This document shows positions 14,157 to 29,400 of a DNA stretch of 248,000 nt, piece by piece; the stretch's first letter is position 1, and every line of letters begins with the position of its first letter. Location of the stretch: positions 43,420,001 through 43,668,000 of the forward strand of contig OX597822.1 in the NCBI GenBank assembly GCA_951406725.2. The letters are read 5' to 3'. The stretch comes from Octopus vulgaris (Eukaryota). The translations under genes were made by a program, and so were the position numbers. The notes below the pieces were generated by a model. The model ran no database searches and was not told the DNA's origin. It saw only the letters and a list, made by a program, of their open reading frames with translations.

Positions 14157-14355
14157 GGACCCTGCAACAGTATTTTATTGTATCACTCGTGTACTATTAT
14201 CGCATTCCTCAATCTGTCTCCTTAAAAATACATACAACACACAAACACATGTATATACATTTGTACACACACACGGAATGTATGTGTATATATATATATA
14301 TATATGCCTGTATATAGGTATATATATATATATATATCTAAATAAATACGTATGA

Positions 14356-14458
<103 letters not shown>

Positions 14459-14627
14459 CCTATATATACAGGCACACGCATACACACATATATATATACA
14501 TATATATGCACATATATACATGTATATATATATATGTACATATATATTCACATATATATATGTATACCTATATATGCATATGTTTGTGAGTGTGTGTATA
14601 TATGTATATTATGTATATATCTCGCTC

Positions 14628-14678
<51 letters not shown>

Positions 14679-14849
14679 GTGTACACTGTCAACATTGCCT
14701 AAAGGAGATAACAATCTACGCTATCTGGGTGGAGTCGGTTGTGTGTAGATGTGAAAATCAATTAGATAATTATAGTGCTGCATAATGATTTTCTCATCAG
14801 GCAACCTTGTCACTATGAGTATGTGTTCGTGGTGCGTGTGTGTGTATGT

Positions 14850-14880
<31 letters not shown>

Positions 14881-15145
14881 CGTGTGCGTGCGTGCGTGCA
14901 GATGATAACGAGTATGTTTTTTTTCTTTTTTGCACTTTTTTTTATGTGTATGATTTATACGTCCGCATAAATATACAATCGCATACACATGTATATATTT
15001 CCATATATGTGTCCACGTGTGTGTTTGTGTGTGTATACATAACCTTCATACATGTATATACATGCATATATGTATATATATGTATATGCATATAGGTGTA
15101 TTTATATGTGTTTACTTACCTTTGTTTGTTGATATGCGTCTGTGA

Positions 15146-15199
<54 letters not shown>

Positions 15200-15319
15200 A
15201 CGTATGTATGTATGTATGTATGTAATGTATGACCATCCTGTATTGTTTGATGCCAAAGCTTTTACGATGGCGTTCATGAAACTGTTTTCGTTCATTTTGT
15301 TTTCATGGTTTAGTCTAAA

Positions 15320-15377
<58 letters not shown>

Positions 15378-15449
15378 ACATATGTACATATATGTACATG
15401 TAGGAAATATGGGCAGTCCGTGCGTCTGTCTGTCGATCTTTCAGTCCTA

Positions 15450-15582
<133 letters not shown>

Positions 15583-15842
15583 AATAGATATAGCTTGGAA
15601 GCTGTGTAGCTTGTCAGTAATCACTACATTTGTCGGCTTTAGTGTGTTTATACGTATATCCAGCCATCAATCCATCCATCCATCATCCACACGGCCATAC
15701 ATACATACATAGATACATACATATGTACGTACAACGAAGCCTACACGCACATATATATGTATATTAGACCTTCTGGCCGATAACTGAAAAGGGGTTGGCG
15801 ACCTGTAGTTTCTCTTCGCTTATGTATTTAGTATATACATAC

Positions 15843-15876
<34 letters not shown>

Positions 15877-15992
15877 TTGTGTTTGTGTGTGCGTGTGTGT
15901 GTTTGTGTGTGTGTGTGTGTAAACAGGCATGTCATATTTTACGTGCCGTGTCTTTATTTAATCCTGGAAAAAATATGTATACATGTATATAT

Positions 15993-16058
<66 letters not shown>

Positions 16059-16198
16059 GAATATATATACGCACACAGACAAATATACGTGTATATATGC
16101 AGATATATATGTATGAGACTCTACGGATCCATGTATCTGTTTGTCAATTCTATCTATCTATGTAATCTGTCTATCTATCTATCTATCTATGTAATCTG

Positions 16199-16241
<43 letters not shown>

Positions 16242-16244
16242 CAC

Positions 16245-16334
<90 letters not shown>

Positions 16335-16795
16335 TATAGATATATATCAAGACAATATCAATATGAATATAGCATAGTTTAATGTTTGCCAGTTTTAGGG
16401 GAAAGTGCTGAGGCTATGGCCTTCAGAACAGTTTCGCATTCACTAACGCTGATGTGTTTCATATGCTGCTGAATGTGATGTAAGCTATCGATATCAAAAA
16501 AGTTGCGTGGCCGAAGATTTCTCTAGAACTGCGAAGTGCAAGAAGAAATGGATAAGGAATTCAGCATTGCCCAGTATTCGTTATTTCTTGAAGTGATGAT
16601 GCGACTAGGGGCTGGAGTAAATCTTACTGCGAAGGGAAGAAACCATTGTTTTAAAAGTAGTAAAGATGCAGAAAAATGGCAGGAGAGAGTACGTCCGTTG
16701 GCTTGAGGTTGAGGAATTTCTGTGAAACAGTTTATGTTAAGTAGTAGACGGACTCGTCTCGAGAGACGGTTGAGTGTGGCATTAAAATATGTACG

Positions 16796-16829
<34 letters not shown>

Positions 16830-16869
16830 TGTATGTATGTATGTATGTATGTATGTATGTATGTATATA

Positions 16870-16914
<45 letters not shown>

Positions 16915-16954
16915 GCATAGATATATAACATATATATATGTATACATATATTTG

Positions 16955-16987
<33 letters not shown>

Positions 16988-17039
16988 CATATATAATATA
17001 TATACTGTGTTGAAACATATATATATGAACAGAACAGAT

Positions 17040-17200
17040 ATACATAGAGATTAAGATATTTCATAGAACAGATGCAACAATAGACAAATACAGAAGCTAC
17101 ACATATAATAGAAAATAAACCTAGCCTGAATAGAATATATAGCACACCACAACATATGACGATATGGATCCGAAACATAATAAATACACAGATAATTAAA
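17040..17200 (+). mobile_element. PLE terminal fragment (end of GIY-YIG ORF)
   Basis: Homologous to 202450-202620, which encodes ...TDATIRQITEATHIIENKPSLN. Confidence 0.6.
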
Positions 17201-17525
17201 GAAATAGAAATATATATATTAGAACAAAAGCAACAACAAAAACAAAATACAAATTAGAATGTATATAACAGAATACAAATATTACAGGCATCCCCCACAC
17301 ACACACTAAAAAACATAGACGCACATAGAGATATAAATGCAGAAAAGACATACAATAGAAATACAAAATGTGACGTTATAGGAGGACACAAGTAAGTAGA
17401 AAAACAGACATCACAGGAGTGTACTTTGCCGAAATAAGATTAAGATTAATAAAATAAATATCATAACAAATAACACAAATATATATTGTGTTTTTATTGG
17501 CTAACGCAATATGAATTCGAAATAT

Positions 17526-17610
<85 letters not shown>

Positions 17611-17933
17611 TCGTAGTAAGCGCATAAAATTTATGGAAAATGGACGGACAGATTGACAGATAGGCAGATGTCCCCCCCCAATTATGTATACAGATATACA
17701 TACATATGCACATATATACGTCTGCGCACATGTCGATACGTAGACAGATAGGAAAAATATAATTTGTATGTGAACACCATAAAAAAGAGAGCGTATGAAA
17801 TATTGAAATTAAAAATATCTAAAAAATATTAGTAAACAATATATAGTCGAACAAAAAATTGTATATAACACGCATGTACGCATATCATATATATATATAT
17901 ATATGTATGTGAATATATAAATATGTGAGTGTG

Positions 17934-17975
<42 letters not shown>

Positions 17976-18129
17976 TATGTATATATAGTATAAATATATA
18001 CATATACATATGTAGTTATATATGTATATATATATATATATATAGATAGATACACACATATGTATATATAGTATATATATACATATATGTATGTAGTTAT
18101 ATATGTATATATGTATATATGTATATAAG

Positions 18130-18225
<96 letters not shown>

Positions 18226-18412
18226 CACTTAATTTAACTACCTATAAAATTAATATGAAATCAATGAAAACGTAATTACTGTTCTTTTTCCTATAGCAGT
18301 TTACAAGTTTTATATTATAATACACAACCACGCATATAGACAGATGCATACGCTTACACAAGCACATATAAAGATATTTATCTAGATAAATACATATATA
18401 TACATATACACA

Positions 18413-18482
<70 letters not shown>

Positions 18483-18544
18483 ACACTTGATACATATATA
18501 TTTATACATACACATACACGTGTACATATGTATTTCCATGTATA

Positions 18545-18593
<49 letters not shown>

Positions 18594-19036
18594 AATATAA
18601 AAATGGAACAAAAACTGAATAGAGGGCATTAAAGCCTTATATATATACATATATATATGCATACGTATATACGGATATATATGCACACCCCTATATGCGT
18701 ATATAATAGTTATATGTGTATATGCATATACATATATTCATATATGTCAACATATATGTATGTATACATACATACATATGTATATATGTGTGTGATGTGT
18801 GTGTTTGTGTATAAACGCACGTATATGCATATACATGTACGCATACACAAGCGTATATATTTATGTATCTTTATATGTTATTTCAATAGGTATAAGTAAC
18901 ATCATTAAAAAAAGTTCCTTATATTATACACACGTTGTATGTATATATATATATATATGTGTGTGTGTATTTATATCTATACACATACATATACACACAT
19001 ACACACACATATATATATATATATATGCATATACAT

Positions 19037-19071
<35 letters not shown>

Positions 19072-20811
19072 CATACATCTGTAGAGAGATATAGATAGTT
19101 AAATACACACGAACACACACACACATCATAGGTACATACAAAAGTTTGATGTATATTACATTATGATACACAGTCGACTGTATTCTTTAGATATTTGCTA
19201 TATCACATGTCTGGCCTTTCGTTTTCCTAACATATTTAGTTACGCAAAAAACCTCACCAATACTAAAGGGTACCACTACTAAATAACCATAACCATTCCC
19301 CATACCCTGACCGCCCCCGTCTTCTCTAACCGAAATAATTTTTGTGTAAACATTTTCCGAAATCTTTAACGCTTTTCATACCAACCCACCGCAGAGCGCT
19401 TCTCTTTTATATTGTTCATATTTAAATTACAACTTTCCATTATAATTTTATGTAAGAACCTTTAGTTAAGTTGTATCCCAAACTCTAACCTAATATGCCA
19501 ATTAATAATTGAAAATTGTTTCTTGTTTTTTTTGCTATATCCGACAAAATTGTTAATTATTTTCAAAATTAATCGAAACACAGGCAGTTTATTTCATTAG
19601 AAATATGATGATAAAAGAGTTAATTGAAGCAGCACCATCGACTCCTACACCATACTGCATCTTTTTAATGTTATTATAAACGTTCATACATTTGTGAAGT
19701 AGTAATTGTGTGCCAGTAGTAACCAATTCTCTCGCCGCTCATCCGTTTTTTTCACTTACGAGCGAAATACTGAGGACGCCATCTTGCCCATTGCTATACT
19801 ATGCACTGACTGCACTGCACCACTTTATGTTACACTGCACCAGATCGACTGCAGTATATTACATGCCAAATGCTAAGCTACTTTCTGGCCCACGATAGAG
19901 TCTCTACTTGGTCGTACGAAATGTTGAAATGGCAATCAAATCTTCTTTAAATCATACGGTTTTTTTAATAAAAAGCTCGTAGGGCGCTCTGGATTCATAC
20001 CTGAAATATGAAAAATAAAATGAAGGGCAGTCAGAGCTGTTAGGCATTGTACATAGCTGTTTTCGATCCGGCAACTAAACAGCGAAAACATCAACCGTAA
20101 CAACTATACCGGTAAGAAGAACACTAGTAATAACACTAACAACACTAACAACAATAACATCAGCAACACGGCCTGGTGAGAGGAGAGAGGACAAAGCCCT
20201 GCTTTTGAAGGGATTCCAAGATTTACCAGAGGAATAGAAAGCCTTGATATCCTGTATACGTAAAGGAAAACTTGCAACATAATGGACCCTGCTAAAAGCG
20301 CTCTAGAATCATGTGAGGCAATTTATTCGGGGCTAACTGAGTAGATCTTGGTAAAGATGCCCAGGGACTAAGTGAAGGGATAAACTGGGTAACAAAAGGG
20401 TGGATCCTGATGAAAACTAGATGAAAAAACCTGATCTGACCCTTCTAATGGCGCCCACAGCCCAGCTAGACCGGTAATGAAGGGGACGCTTTATAATTAC
20501 TTACCATGGACATACAAACAAGGCTAATCTTGAAAAATACAATGTAAACTGAAAGAAAATTCGCAACTTCAAATAATTAGCTCGTAGTGAATTTTTCTCT
20601 TGTTGCGGGACCCCTTCTTAGGGACATAAGTTCGGCATACGCCTTTACGAAGCTCGCAAACTTTTTAATCTGACCTCAGCGGAATTTTCAGAAGAAATTC
20701 TGCCTGACCTGTTAAAAATTCTATCAGCTCACCGCCTTTATACCAACGTGGCGGAAATTCCCATTTATTATTTTTAGCGATATAGACAGACACCTAAGCT
20801 CACGGAACTTG

Positions 20812-20875
<64 letters not shown>

Positions 20876-21054
20876 GTTTCAAATTTTGGCACAAGGCCAG
20901 TAATTTCGGGTAGGGGATCCAAAAGGATGAAAGGCAATGTAGACCTCGGCGGGAATTGAGCTCAAAACATGAAGACGATCGAAATGCCACTAAGCATTTT
21001 GTTCGACGTGCTAACAATTCTGCCGCCTTGGTAAGAGTAATAATAATAATGATA

Positions 21055-21092
<38 letters not shown>

Positions 21093-21622
21093 AACAACAA
21101 CAACAACAACAGCAACAGCAAAAACAACATCAACAACAACACCAACAATAATAATAATAAAGGTTTACGAACACCCGAAATGAATGATTTGACCAATGTA
21201 TCCATTGGTTCATTAACCAACAATCATATTTATTCATTTTCAAAATATTTAATAATAAATTATATAAAAGATGGTGTGAATAACTCTGCATTTCATGACG
21301 GCCAGAAACATAGGTTGAAGTTCATTTCCGTTGTAATGAATTTTACCGTAAACATTTTTTGCTGACAGAAAATTTGCCATAAGAGATTTCATCATGTATT
21401 TTTAATGCTTGGCGTTGAATAAAGACTTGCTCATTTAACGCATTAATAAAACTATTTATCATTCTTTTGTGTTTAAAGAAATACCGGTATACATCGCTTT
21501 ATCGTTGTGCATAGGAAGAATTTGTCTTTTGGCTAGTTTTCTTATATGGCGAAATTTCCTACTGGGAATTTTCCGGACTAGAGTAATTCCTGTTTATGAA
21601 TTGAGTTTATATTCTTTTATTA

Positions 21623-21997
21623 TGGAGGCGCAATGGCCCAGTGGTTAGGGCAGCGGACACGCGGTCACAGGTTCGCGGTTTCGATTCCCAGACCGGGCGT
21701 TGTGAGTGTTTATTGAGCGAAAACATCTAAAAAGCTTCACGAGGCTCCGGCAGGGGATGGTGGTGATCCCTGCTGTACTCTTTCTCTCACTCTTACTTCC
21801 TGTTTCTGTTGTACCTGTATTTCAAGGGACCGGCCTTGTCACTCTCTGTGTCACGCTGAATATCCCCGAGAACTACGTTAAGGGTGCACGTGTCTGTGGA
21901 GTGCTCAGCCACTTACACGTTAATTTCACGAGCAGGCTGTTCCGTTGATTCGGATCAACCGGAACCCTCATCGTCGTAACCGACGGAGTGCTTCCAC
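21623..21997 (+). mobile_element. tRNA-derived SINE (head ggaggcgcaatggcccagtggttaggg)
   Basis: A/B boxes plus conserved tail gtcacgctgaat...gtgctcagccacttgcacgttaatttcacgagcagg. Further copies at about 25150, 26560, 34990, 40365, 74053, 88880, 132925, 151375, 192340, 211603, 237395, 240480 and 243955. Confidence 0.85.
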
Positions 21998-22271
21998 ATT
22001 CTTTTATTAATTTCGAAGTCGATAGAGTGTTAGATAGATTGTTGTACGTATTCGAGCTGTTTAATTCTGCAGTTGAAATCTCTTCGTTCTATACTTTCGG
22101 AGCCGATAAATAAAGAACCAGTTTTGGTGTGGTTGACTAATGCGATTCTTAGAGAGTCGACAGCGATGTCGTGCATTATCTGTTCTGTTCTTTACATCAT
22201 GTGTTCAAATATTAACCTCCTATCATCATATTCTTCGTTGTAAGTAACAACTTGCTAACTATGATGCGTCT

Positions 22272-22745
22272 CTGGCGAGCTGGCAGAAACGTTAGCACGC
22301 CGGGCGGCGTATTTCGTCTGCCGTTACGCCCTGAGTTAAAATTCCGCCGAGGTCGACTATGCCTTTCATCCTTTCGGGGTCGATTAAAGAAGTACAAGTT
22401 ACGCACTGGGGTCGATATAATCGACTTAGTCCGTTTGTCTGTCCTTGTTTGTCCTCTCTGTGTTTAGCCCCTTGTGGGTAGTAAAGAAATAGGTATTTCG
22501 TCTGCCGTTATGTTCTGAGTTCAAATTCCGCCGGGGTCGACTTTGCCTTTCATCCTTTCTGGGTCGATTAAATAAAGTACCAGTTATACACTGGGTCGAT
22601 ATAATCGACTTAATCTGTTTGTCTGTCCTTGTCTGTCCCCTCTGTGTTTAGCCCCTTCTGAGCAGTAAAGAAATAAGAAACGTTAGTATGCCGGGCGAAA
22701 TGCTTACCGGTATTTTGTCTGCCGTTACTTTCTGAATTCAAATTC
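22272..22745 (+). mobile_element. Meta-type SINE (trimeric)
   Basis: Three reiterations of the core/3' unit. Confidence 0.8.
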
Positions 22746-22989
22746 CGTCTAGTGCAGAACATCGATTGCAAGAACATCTCTGAGATATCAATATCAAAAT
22801 GTAGCAGAATCTGCACTTAAAAAGAAGCTGGATAAACGCTAGGAGTGAAAAACAAACAAATCATTGTATTCAGCTATTGGACATTGGCCAAAGTGAGGCA
22901 CGGCCAAAAGTACTTTTGAATCAAGTCTATCGAATCTGACACTTTCTGTGGCACATAGTTTATCGCTTTACAATATTCTGGTGTTTTTC

Positions 22990-23395
22990 AAGGCAGCGAC
23001 CTGGCAGAATCGTTAGCACGACGGGCGAAGTGCTTAGCGGTATGTCGTCTGCCGTTACGTTCTGAGTTCAAATTCCGCCGAGGTCGACTTTGTCTTTCAT
23101 CCTTTCGGGGGTCGCTAAATTAGTACCAATTACGCGCTGGGGTCGATGTAATCGACTTAATCCCTTTACCTGTCCTTGTTTGTCCTCTCTATGTTTAGCC
23201 CCTTGTAGGCAATAAAGAAATAAGAATCATTAGCACGCCGAGAGAAATGCTGAGTGGAATTTCGTCTGTCTTTACGTTCTGAGTTCAAATTCCGCCGAGG
23301 CTGACTTTGCCTTTCATTTTTCGGGGTCGGTAAATTAGTACCAGGTCCATAATCGACTGTCCCTCTCCCGCAAAATTCCGTGCCTTGTGCCTAGA
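22990..23395 (+). mobile_element. Meta-type SINE (dimeric)
   Basis: aaggcagcgacctggcagaatcgttagc head and two cores. Further copies at about 20870, 29703, 30770, 38838, 40078, 43135, 47490, 49090, 62053, 78465, 130275, 155765, 168455, 172832, 174720, 180005, 217545, 224340 and 243660. Confidence 0.8.
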
Positions 23396-23449
23396 GAATA
23401 TTCTGGTGTGTTGGTGGTCTTCTTGTTTTTGTTCTTGCTACTGTTACTG

Positions 23450-23760
23450 CGTGGAGGCACATGGCCTAGTGGTTAGAGCAGCGGACTCGCGGTCGAGGGA
23501 TCGCGGGTTCGAGTCGAGGACGGGGTGATGTGTGTATTTATGAGCGAAACACCGAAGCTCCACGCGGCTCCGGCAGAAGGTAATGGCGAAATTCTACTGA
23601 CTCTTTCGCCACAACTTTCTCTCACTCTTTCCTCCTGCATCTTGCAGCTCACCTGTGACGGATTGGCGTTCCGTCCAGGTGGAGAAGCTATACGCTAAGG
23701 AAACCGGGAAACCGGCCCTGATGAGCCAGGAATGGCTCGAGAAGAAACAAGCAACAGCTG
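23450..23760 (+). mobile_element. SINE with ggaggcacatggcctagtgg head and alternative tail
   Basis: Head like the 21623 family but tail gacggattggcgttccgtccaggtgg...gaaaccgggaaaccggccc; similar copy at 240480-240790 (-). Confidence 0.75.
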
Positions 23761-25719
23761 TTACTGCTGCCATTTTTGTTGTGGCTGTTGCTTTATTATT
23801 TATTGTTGTTGCTGTTGTGCAAAACACTTAATTTCATGTTACTCCAGTCCATGCAGTTGCGAAGGAAGAAATACCCACACGCGCAGACTTTCTGGCGTCC
23901 CGTCCAGGCTGGACATCGCGATCTCGATCGCTTATACATCACGGAAACCAGGTAACGGTGGTTATGAGTCATTGGACTCGAAACGGTTACATCCAGCGGT
24001 TGATGATGATGATGATTTGGATGATAGAGGTGTTGCTGTTGCTGTCCTTGTTCTTTGTTCAAATCACACCACTTTCCCCTTTACCGTCCATGAATTAAAC
24101 GTGATCTATCAAATAATACACCAGTAATAACCTGCGGTCAATTTAATCACGTCACAAAGCGGTGATCTGACAGATTCATTATCGCGTCGGACAAAATGCG
24201 TAGTGACATTTCGTCAGGACTTTACCTTTTGAGTTTAAATGCTGCCGAGGTCGACTTTGTCTTTCACCCGCTCGGGGTTTGATAAAATAAGTACCAGTTG
24301 AATACTGAGGTCGATGTAATCGACTTACCCCACCTCTAAAAACCGCTGGCCCTGTGCCAAAATTTGAAACCAGTTTAGACTAGTCATTCTCAATATTTCC
24401 AACCGCAGACCCCTAGTAATCCAATGGAATCACCTACGGCTCCCCAGGTTTTTGAATGGTATCCCTACTCAGTAAACCGATTATATCAATTAACAACAAA
24501 CTCGTTTTCTCAGTTTCATCAATCAATTAGAAAAAAGAAGCTGATTGAATAATTAATTGTATGCAGCTGAGTAATTATATATTTGGCATTGCGTTTTGTT
24601 TTCTTTTTTTCATAAACTTCGAACACAGCTCACTGGCATCTTGTACAAGTTGCGGGGATCCGCAAGGGGTCTACAGGACCCCCCGGTTAGGAACCATTTA
24701 TTAGCCAAATGTGTTCCCTGCGTAAAGGCATAGACATTTGTTACAATAAACAACAACAAAATCAACAAGCACTTAAAAAAAAACCTGATAAAATACCGAA
24801 TTATCATTTATGCAGCTTTTACGTTTCTTGCAGCTATCACTACTGTTGTTATTGTTTTTGTTGTTGTTGTTATTGACGTTGTTGTTGTCTTCTTCTTCCA
24901 ATCAGGACTCACGCTATTAGCCACAAAGAATAATCTCTAATTCGAGCCTACTCTAAGCTACTAAGAATGCGTGTGGTAACTTGAAGGTCCATCCACCACA
25001 CGCGATAGACTGACAGTTGCACGGGCGCGAAAGCTACGTTGTTATCCTCATTCCGTAAACGGGGTAACAAAGGATTACAAAGGATTCACAATCTAAACTA
25101 GGGTCTGAAAGTTTGCCACACCATAGTGGGTTACACCATGGTTCCTCTGCTTAGTGTCAGAAGTAGGAAGAAAGAGTGAGAGAAAGTTGTGGGAAAAGAG
25201 TACATCGGGGTTCACCCACTACTCCCCGTCGGATCCTCGTGGAGCTTAGATGTTTTTGCTCAATAAACACTCACAATGCCCGGTCTGGTAATCGAAATCG
25301 CGTTCTTACGACCGCGAATCCACTGCCCTAACTCCTGGTCCATTGCGTCTCCACCGTTGTTGTTGGTCGTGGTTTCATAGTTATCGCTGGTGTTGTTTAC
25401 AGACGGAGATTAACCTCCCTGGTTGTTTCTGTAGGATTTGAGATCTGATAATACTGTTGTTTATTAGTGTGACTGAATGACATGTGATCATTGACGTCAT
25501 CATTGCCACTCTTGTTGTTGTCGTTATCGTTGCATTTGTTGTTATTATCTCAATATGTGTGCGGGTAGACATTGTGTATTCGCGTATAAATCTAATGCAA
25601 ATGTATCATTAACTGATTTTAACGATAATTAACCCAGTCATTCGATTAATTGATCGAACTATTTACTGGATTATACACCCAGGTGGATGGGTAAACTTAG
25701 ATAAACTTAGATATGTTTC

Positions 25720-26195
25720 GACCAAAGATTGGTCCAGGCCATGTCTAACTTAATAGCACCACCTGATAGGATTATTTGAATCCTGTTTAAGTCAAGTTTT
25801 GTTTATGGTCCATTCAAGTAGTGAGTTTTTGTTGGGTAAGTTGTATCCAATTATGGGTGGCTTATCTGGTATTCCTTGAAGGAATCTATCCAGACTCCAT
25901 TTAAAGTTGATGGGATCCTTTTCCTCTTTGATCTCTTTCGGGACAATATTAAATAGGGCAGGGCCTATTGAGGAAAATAAATTATGTTGCAGTGTACATG
26001 TATGCTGTGATCTTGAATTGGGCAGGGGACGTATGGCCCGTGGTCCCAGTCTTGAATGAAACTTGAAGCTAATGTTCAGGTCGTTTGGGCAAAGTTGGCG
26101 GTATATTCTCCACATCGTACAAATGATGTACCGCTCACGGCGACGCTGGAGAGAGTAGAGTTTCAACTTTTCCACGGATTCCAACATTTGCCAAT
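25720..26195 (-). mobile_element. CR1/L2-like LINE 3' end
   Basis: ORF 25792-26187: LKLYSLQRRRERYIIC...IGPALFNIVP...LDRFLQGIPDKP; 3' UTR caggtggtgctattaagttagacatggcc shared with the 63 kb and 119.5 kb copies. Confidence 0.9.
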
Positions 26196-26199
26196 TTCC

Positions 26200-26424
26200 G
26201 CAGATATTCTTTTTTCTTTTATTCTTTTATTTGTTTCAGTCATTTTGTCTGCGGTAATGCTGGAGCACCGCCTTTAGTAGAAACGGATCGTCCCCAGGAC
26301 TTATTCTTTGTAAATTTAGTACTTATTCTATCGGGGTCTTTTGCCGAACCGCTAAGTCAAGGGCACGTAAACACACCAACATCGGTTGTCAAGCGATGTT
26401 GAGGGACAAACAGACACACAAACA

Positions 26425-26473
<49 letters not shown>

Positions 26474-26545
26474 TTACGACGGGCTTCTTTCAGTTTCCGT
26501 CTACCAAATTCACTCACAAGGTTTTGGTCGACTCGAGGCTATAGT
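26200..26545 (-). mobile_element. CORE-like SINE with internal (CA)n/(TA)n
   Basis: Head and tail halves separated by a microsatellite. Further copies at about 64570, 85620, 109710, 123240, 135360, 149715, 156115, 183565, 198385, 201610, 215690, 224905 and 235735. Confidence 0.85.
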
Positions 26546-27337
26546 AGATAACACTGGTACTCCGCTTACGAGAATGATGGGTTCCAGTTGATCCCATCAA
26601 CGGAACAGCCTGCTCGTGAAATTCACTTGGTAGAGCACTCCACAGACACGTGTACCGTTGATTTTTTTCTCATGGAGATTCAGCGTGACACAGAATGTGA
26701 CAAGGCTGGCCCTTTGAAATATAGGCACTAATAATTTTTTTCCAGCTGAGTGGACTGAAGCAAAATGAAATAAAGTATCTTGCTCAAGGACACAACGCGT
26801 CGCCGGGATTTGAACTCACAACCTTATGATCGTTGGCTGAATATCCTAACCATTAAGCCACGCACCTCTTCACACATATATGTTCCCTTCAAGTAAACAT
26901 CCTGCAAACTCAGTGTACGTAGGACAAGGATGGACTTGTGCATTCCATCTGACGGGGTTCCACGCGGTTTATGGCAAAGCAATTTGACCCGCAAGGCTGG
27001 TATCAACCTGAAGCAATTGGAGACGACACTTGCCCAAGATACTAAAGTTCTGGATTAGAAAGTGGACTTGTGAACCCCTTGGTTATATCTGTGTTTTCAT
27101 AAACACGTACTCGGATATACAAAGTGGGAAGAAACGATTGGGCGCAGCTGTTTGGGCGTAGATGTCTGGATGCTGGCGCTTTGGCGCTGCTGACTGTACA
27201 TTCAGCGTGTTTTGGAGACGGTACTTTTTGACGTACGCACATACGTAGACACAAACACCCACACACATCATATATACATACACACACGCACATAACCATA
27301 CATACACCGATAGAACGAGTAAGGCAAAGATAGATAG

Positions 27338-27412
<75 letters not shown>

Positions 27413-27914
27413 ATTTATTCATTGAACACGATTGACATAAACACATTCCCTTTTCTCGTACATGCAATGAGAAATATACTTACAAACGCAAACGGAGTAT
27501 GAGAGGGAGAGAGAGAAAAAGCAAGAAAGAAAGAGAGTGAGAGAGACTGACAGAGAAGGGCGGGAGGGAGGGAACGAGAGAAATCGTTAAACGAAAGAAA
27601 CATTAAAACTTCTATTGTCAAAAATGTCAGCGCCGACTCAGCGAAGCCAAAAGGGCAGCACCAAAACGGCTGAGCTGAAACTTCTCTTATCCCATATAAA
27701 TATACTTACAAACCTACACACTCATACACACACACACACATACACACACACACACATACACACACAAACACACATGCATACATATGCAGCCACACACATT
27801 AGTCATTTTAAAACAAATATCTTCACCCATCGCGAAGGAATGGGGCACGTAATATAATAAAATGCTTCAAATCCTTACATTATAAAAGCTAAAATAACTC
27901 TTACAGGTTTATAG

Positions 27915-28075
27915 GCTAACCAATCATTTGAATATTGGTCATAGAACATGGAATGCCAACCAATCATTTGAATATTGGTCATAGAACATGGAATGCTAAA
28001 CAATTATTTGAATATTGGTCATAGAACATGGAATGCTAAACAATTATTTGAATATTGGTCATAGAACATGGAATA
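27915..28075. repeat. 41-bp minisatellite x4
   Basis: Unit aaccaatcatttgaatattggtcatagaacatggaatgc(t). Confidence 0.9.
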
Positions 28076-28949
28076 TCGCTTAAACTATTGTTACCATAAA
28101 CGAGAAGGAAATAAACATTATGACGCTGATTCGTCAAGAATTCTGCAACACCACAACTTTAACAATCTCTTTTGATGTCAGTATGGGTATTCACAACTTC
28201 TTGGAGATCAGTGAGTTATTTGGATCATAACTACTGTCAATTAGAAAAGAAGTTCCCTGTATAGTGGAAGGTACAATTTATTGAATGCCAGCCTTCTTAT
28301 TATAAACAACCTTAAACCTCGATAAATGGACAGAAAGAAATAAAAAATGCACGTTTTAAAAATTTAGTTTCAAAATAATTGCAGTTAATTTCTTAAAGAA
28401 ACATTAAACTTAAACAGTTCTTGATATTTTACACTAAATGCGCAAAAACAAATGAAACATGCAATTATATTCACTGATTATCCCCTCTCCAATTCTTATC
28501 ACGAAAATAGTAAAAATACAATGCTTAGAATTATTGGATTACTTGGGGTCAGTGGTTGAAAATCTTGAGAATGACTGGATTAAATTGACCACAAGTTATA
28601 ACTGGTAAGTTGTTTGATAGATCATGTTAAATGTTGAACGGTACTGGGGACTACAGTGAGACTTGGACAACAAGAACAGCAACAGCAACAACAATGTCAA
28701 CCTCATCGTCAACCGCTGGACATAACTGTGTCGTGTCCATGAACTCATAGACCCGGTTACCTGTCTTCCATGACCTATAAGTGACCGAGATCATAATGCA
28801 CCGCCTGGACCGGACGTGAGTGGGTCACAAGGTAACTCATTTAGAGCAGCGGGATATGAAGTGTTTTGCACAATAACTACAGAAGCAGCACACTGCTTGT
28901 AAACACTCTCTATAAGCAGTGTATTTATCTCCGGCCATGATAAAAATCT

Positions 28950-29400
28950 TTAAAAATGTCGTTACTTATTACAGCAAAGCTGTGGCGGATGATGGATTCA
29001 AGGCAATCATAAAATACACAAACGAAATAGCTAAACTCACATCCAACAATAAAGCAGTCTATTACTTGATATAACTATCTCTGTTGAAGTGCCAATAACC
29101 AATTAATACTTTATATTAATGAAACAACATCTCCACCCACTCCATAAATACCATAAAATATTCAATACAGAGACTTATTCCCCTATTCTTCTCTACTCTG
29201 TTCAAACTCAATAATTTATCAAAGCTGGCAAGGGCAACATCAACTGTGTGTTTAGTCACTGGAGTCTAACAGTCTTGGTAAGGATATTAAATTACCAATG
29301 CGCAAGAAAATCTCCCAATGCGTCTAAACAAATATAGGGCTTACATAAAATTCATTCAAACGGGGTTATAGCAACACAAGAATATATTTCGAAACAAAAA
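28950..29400 (+). mobile_element. Penelope-like RT/thumb remnant
   Basis: IKYTNE...YYLDITIS and later IPYS-like residues; heavily degenerate. Confidence 0.4.
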
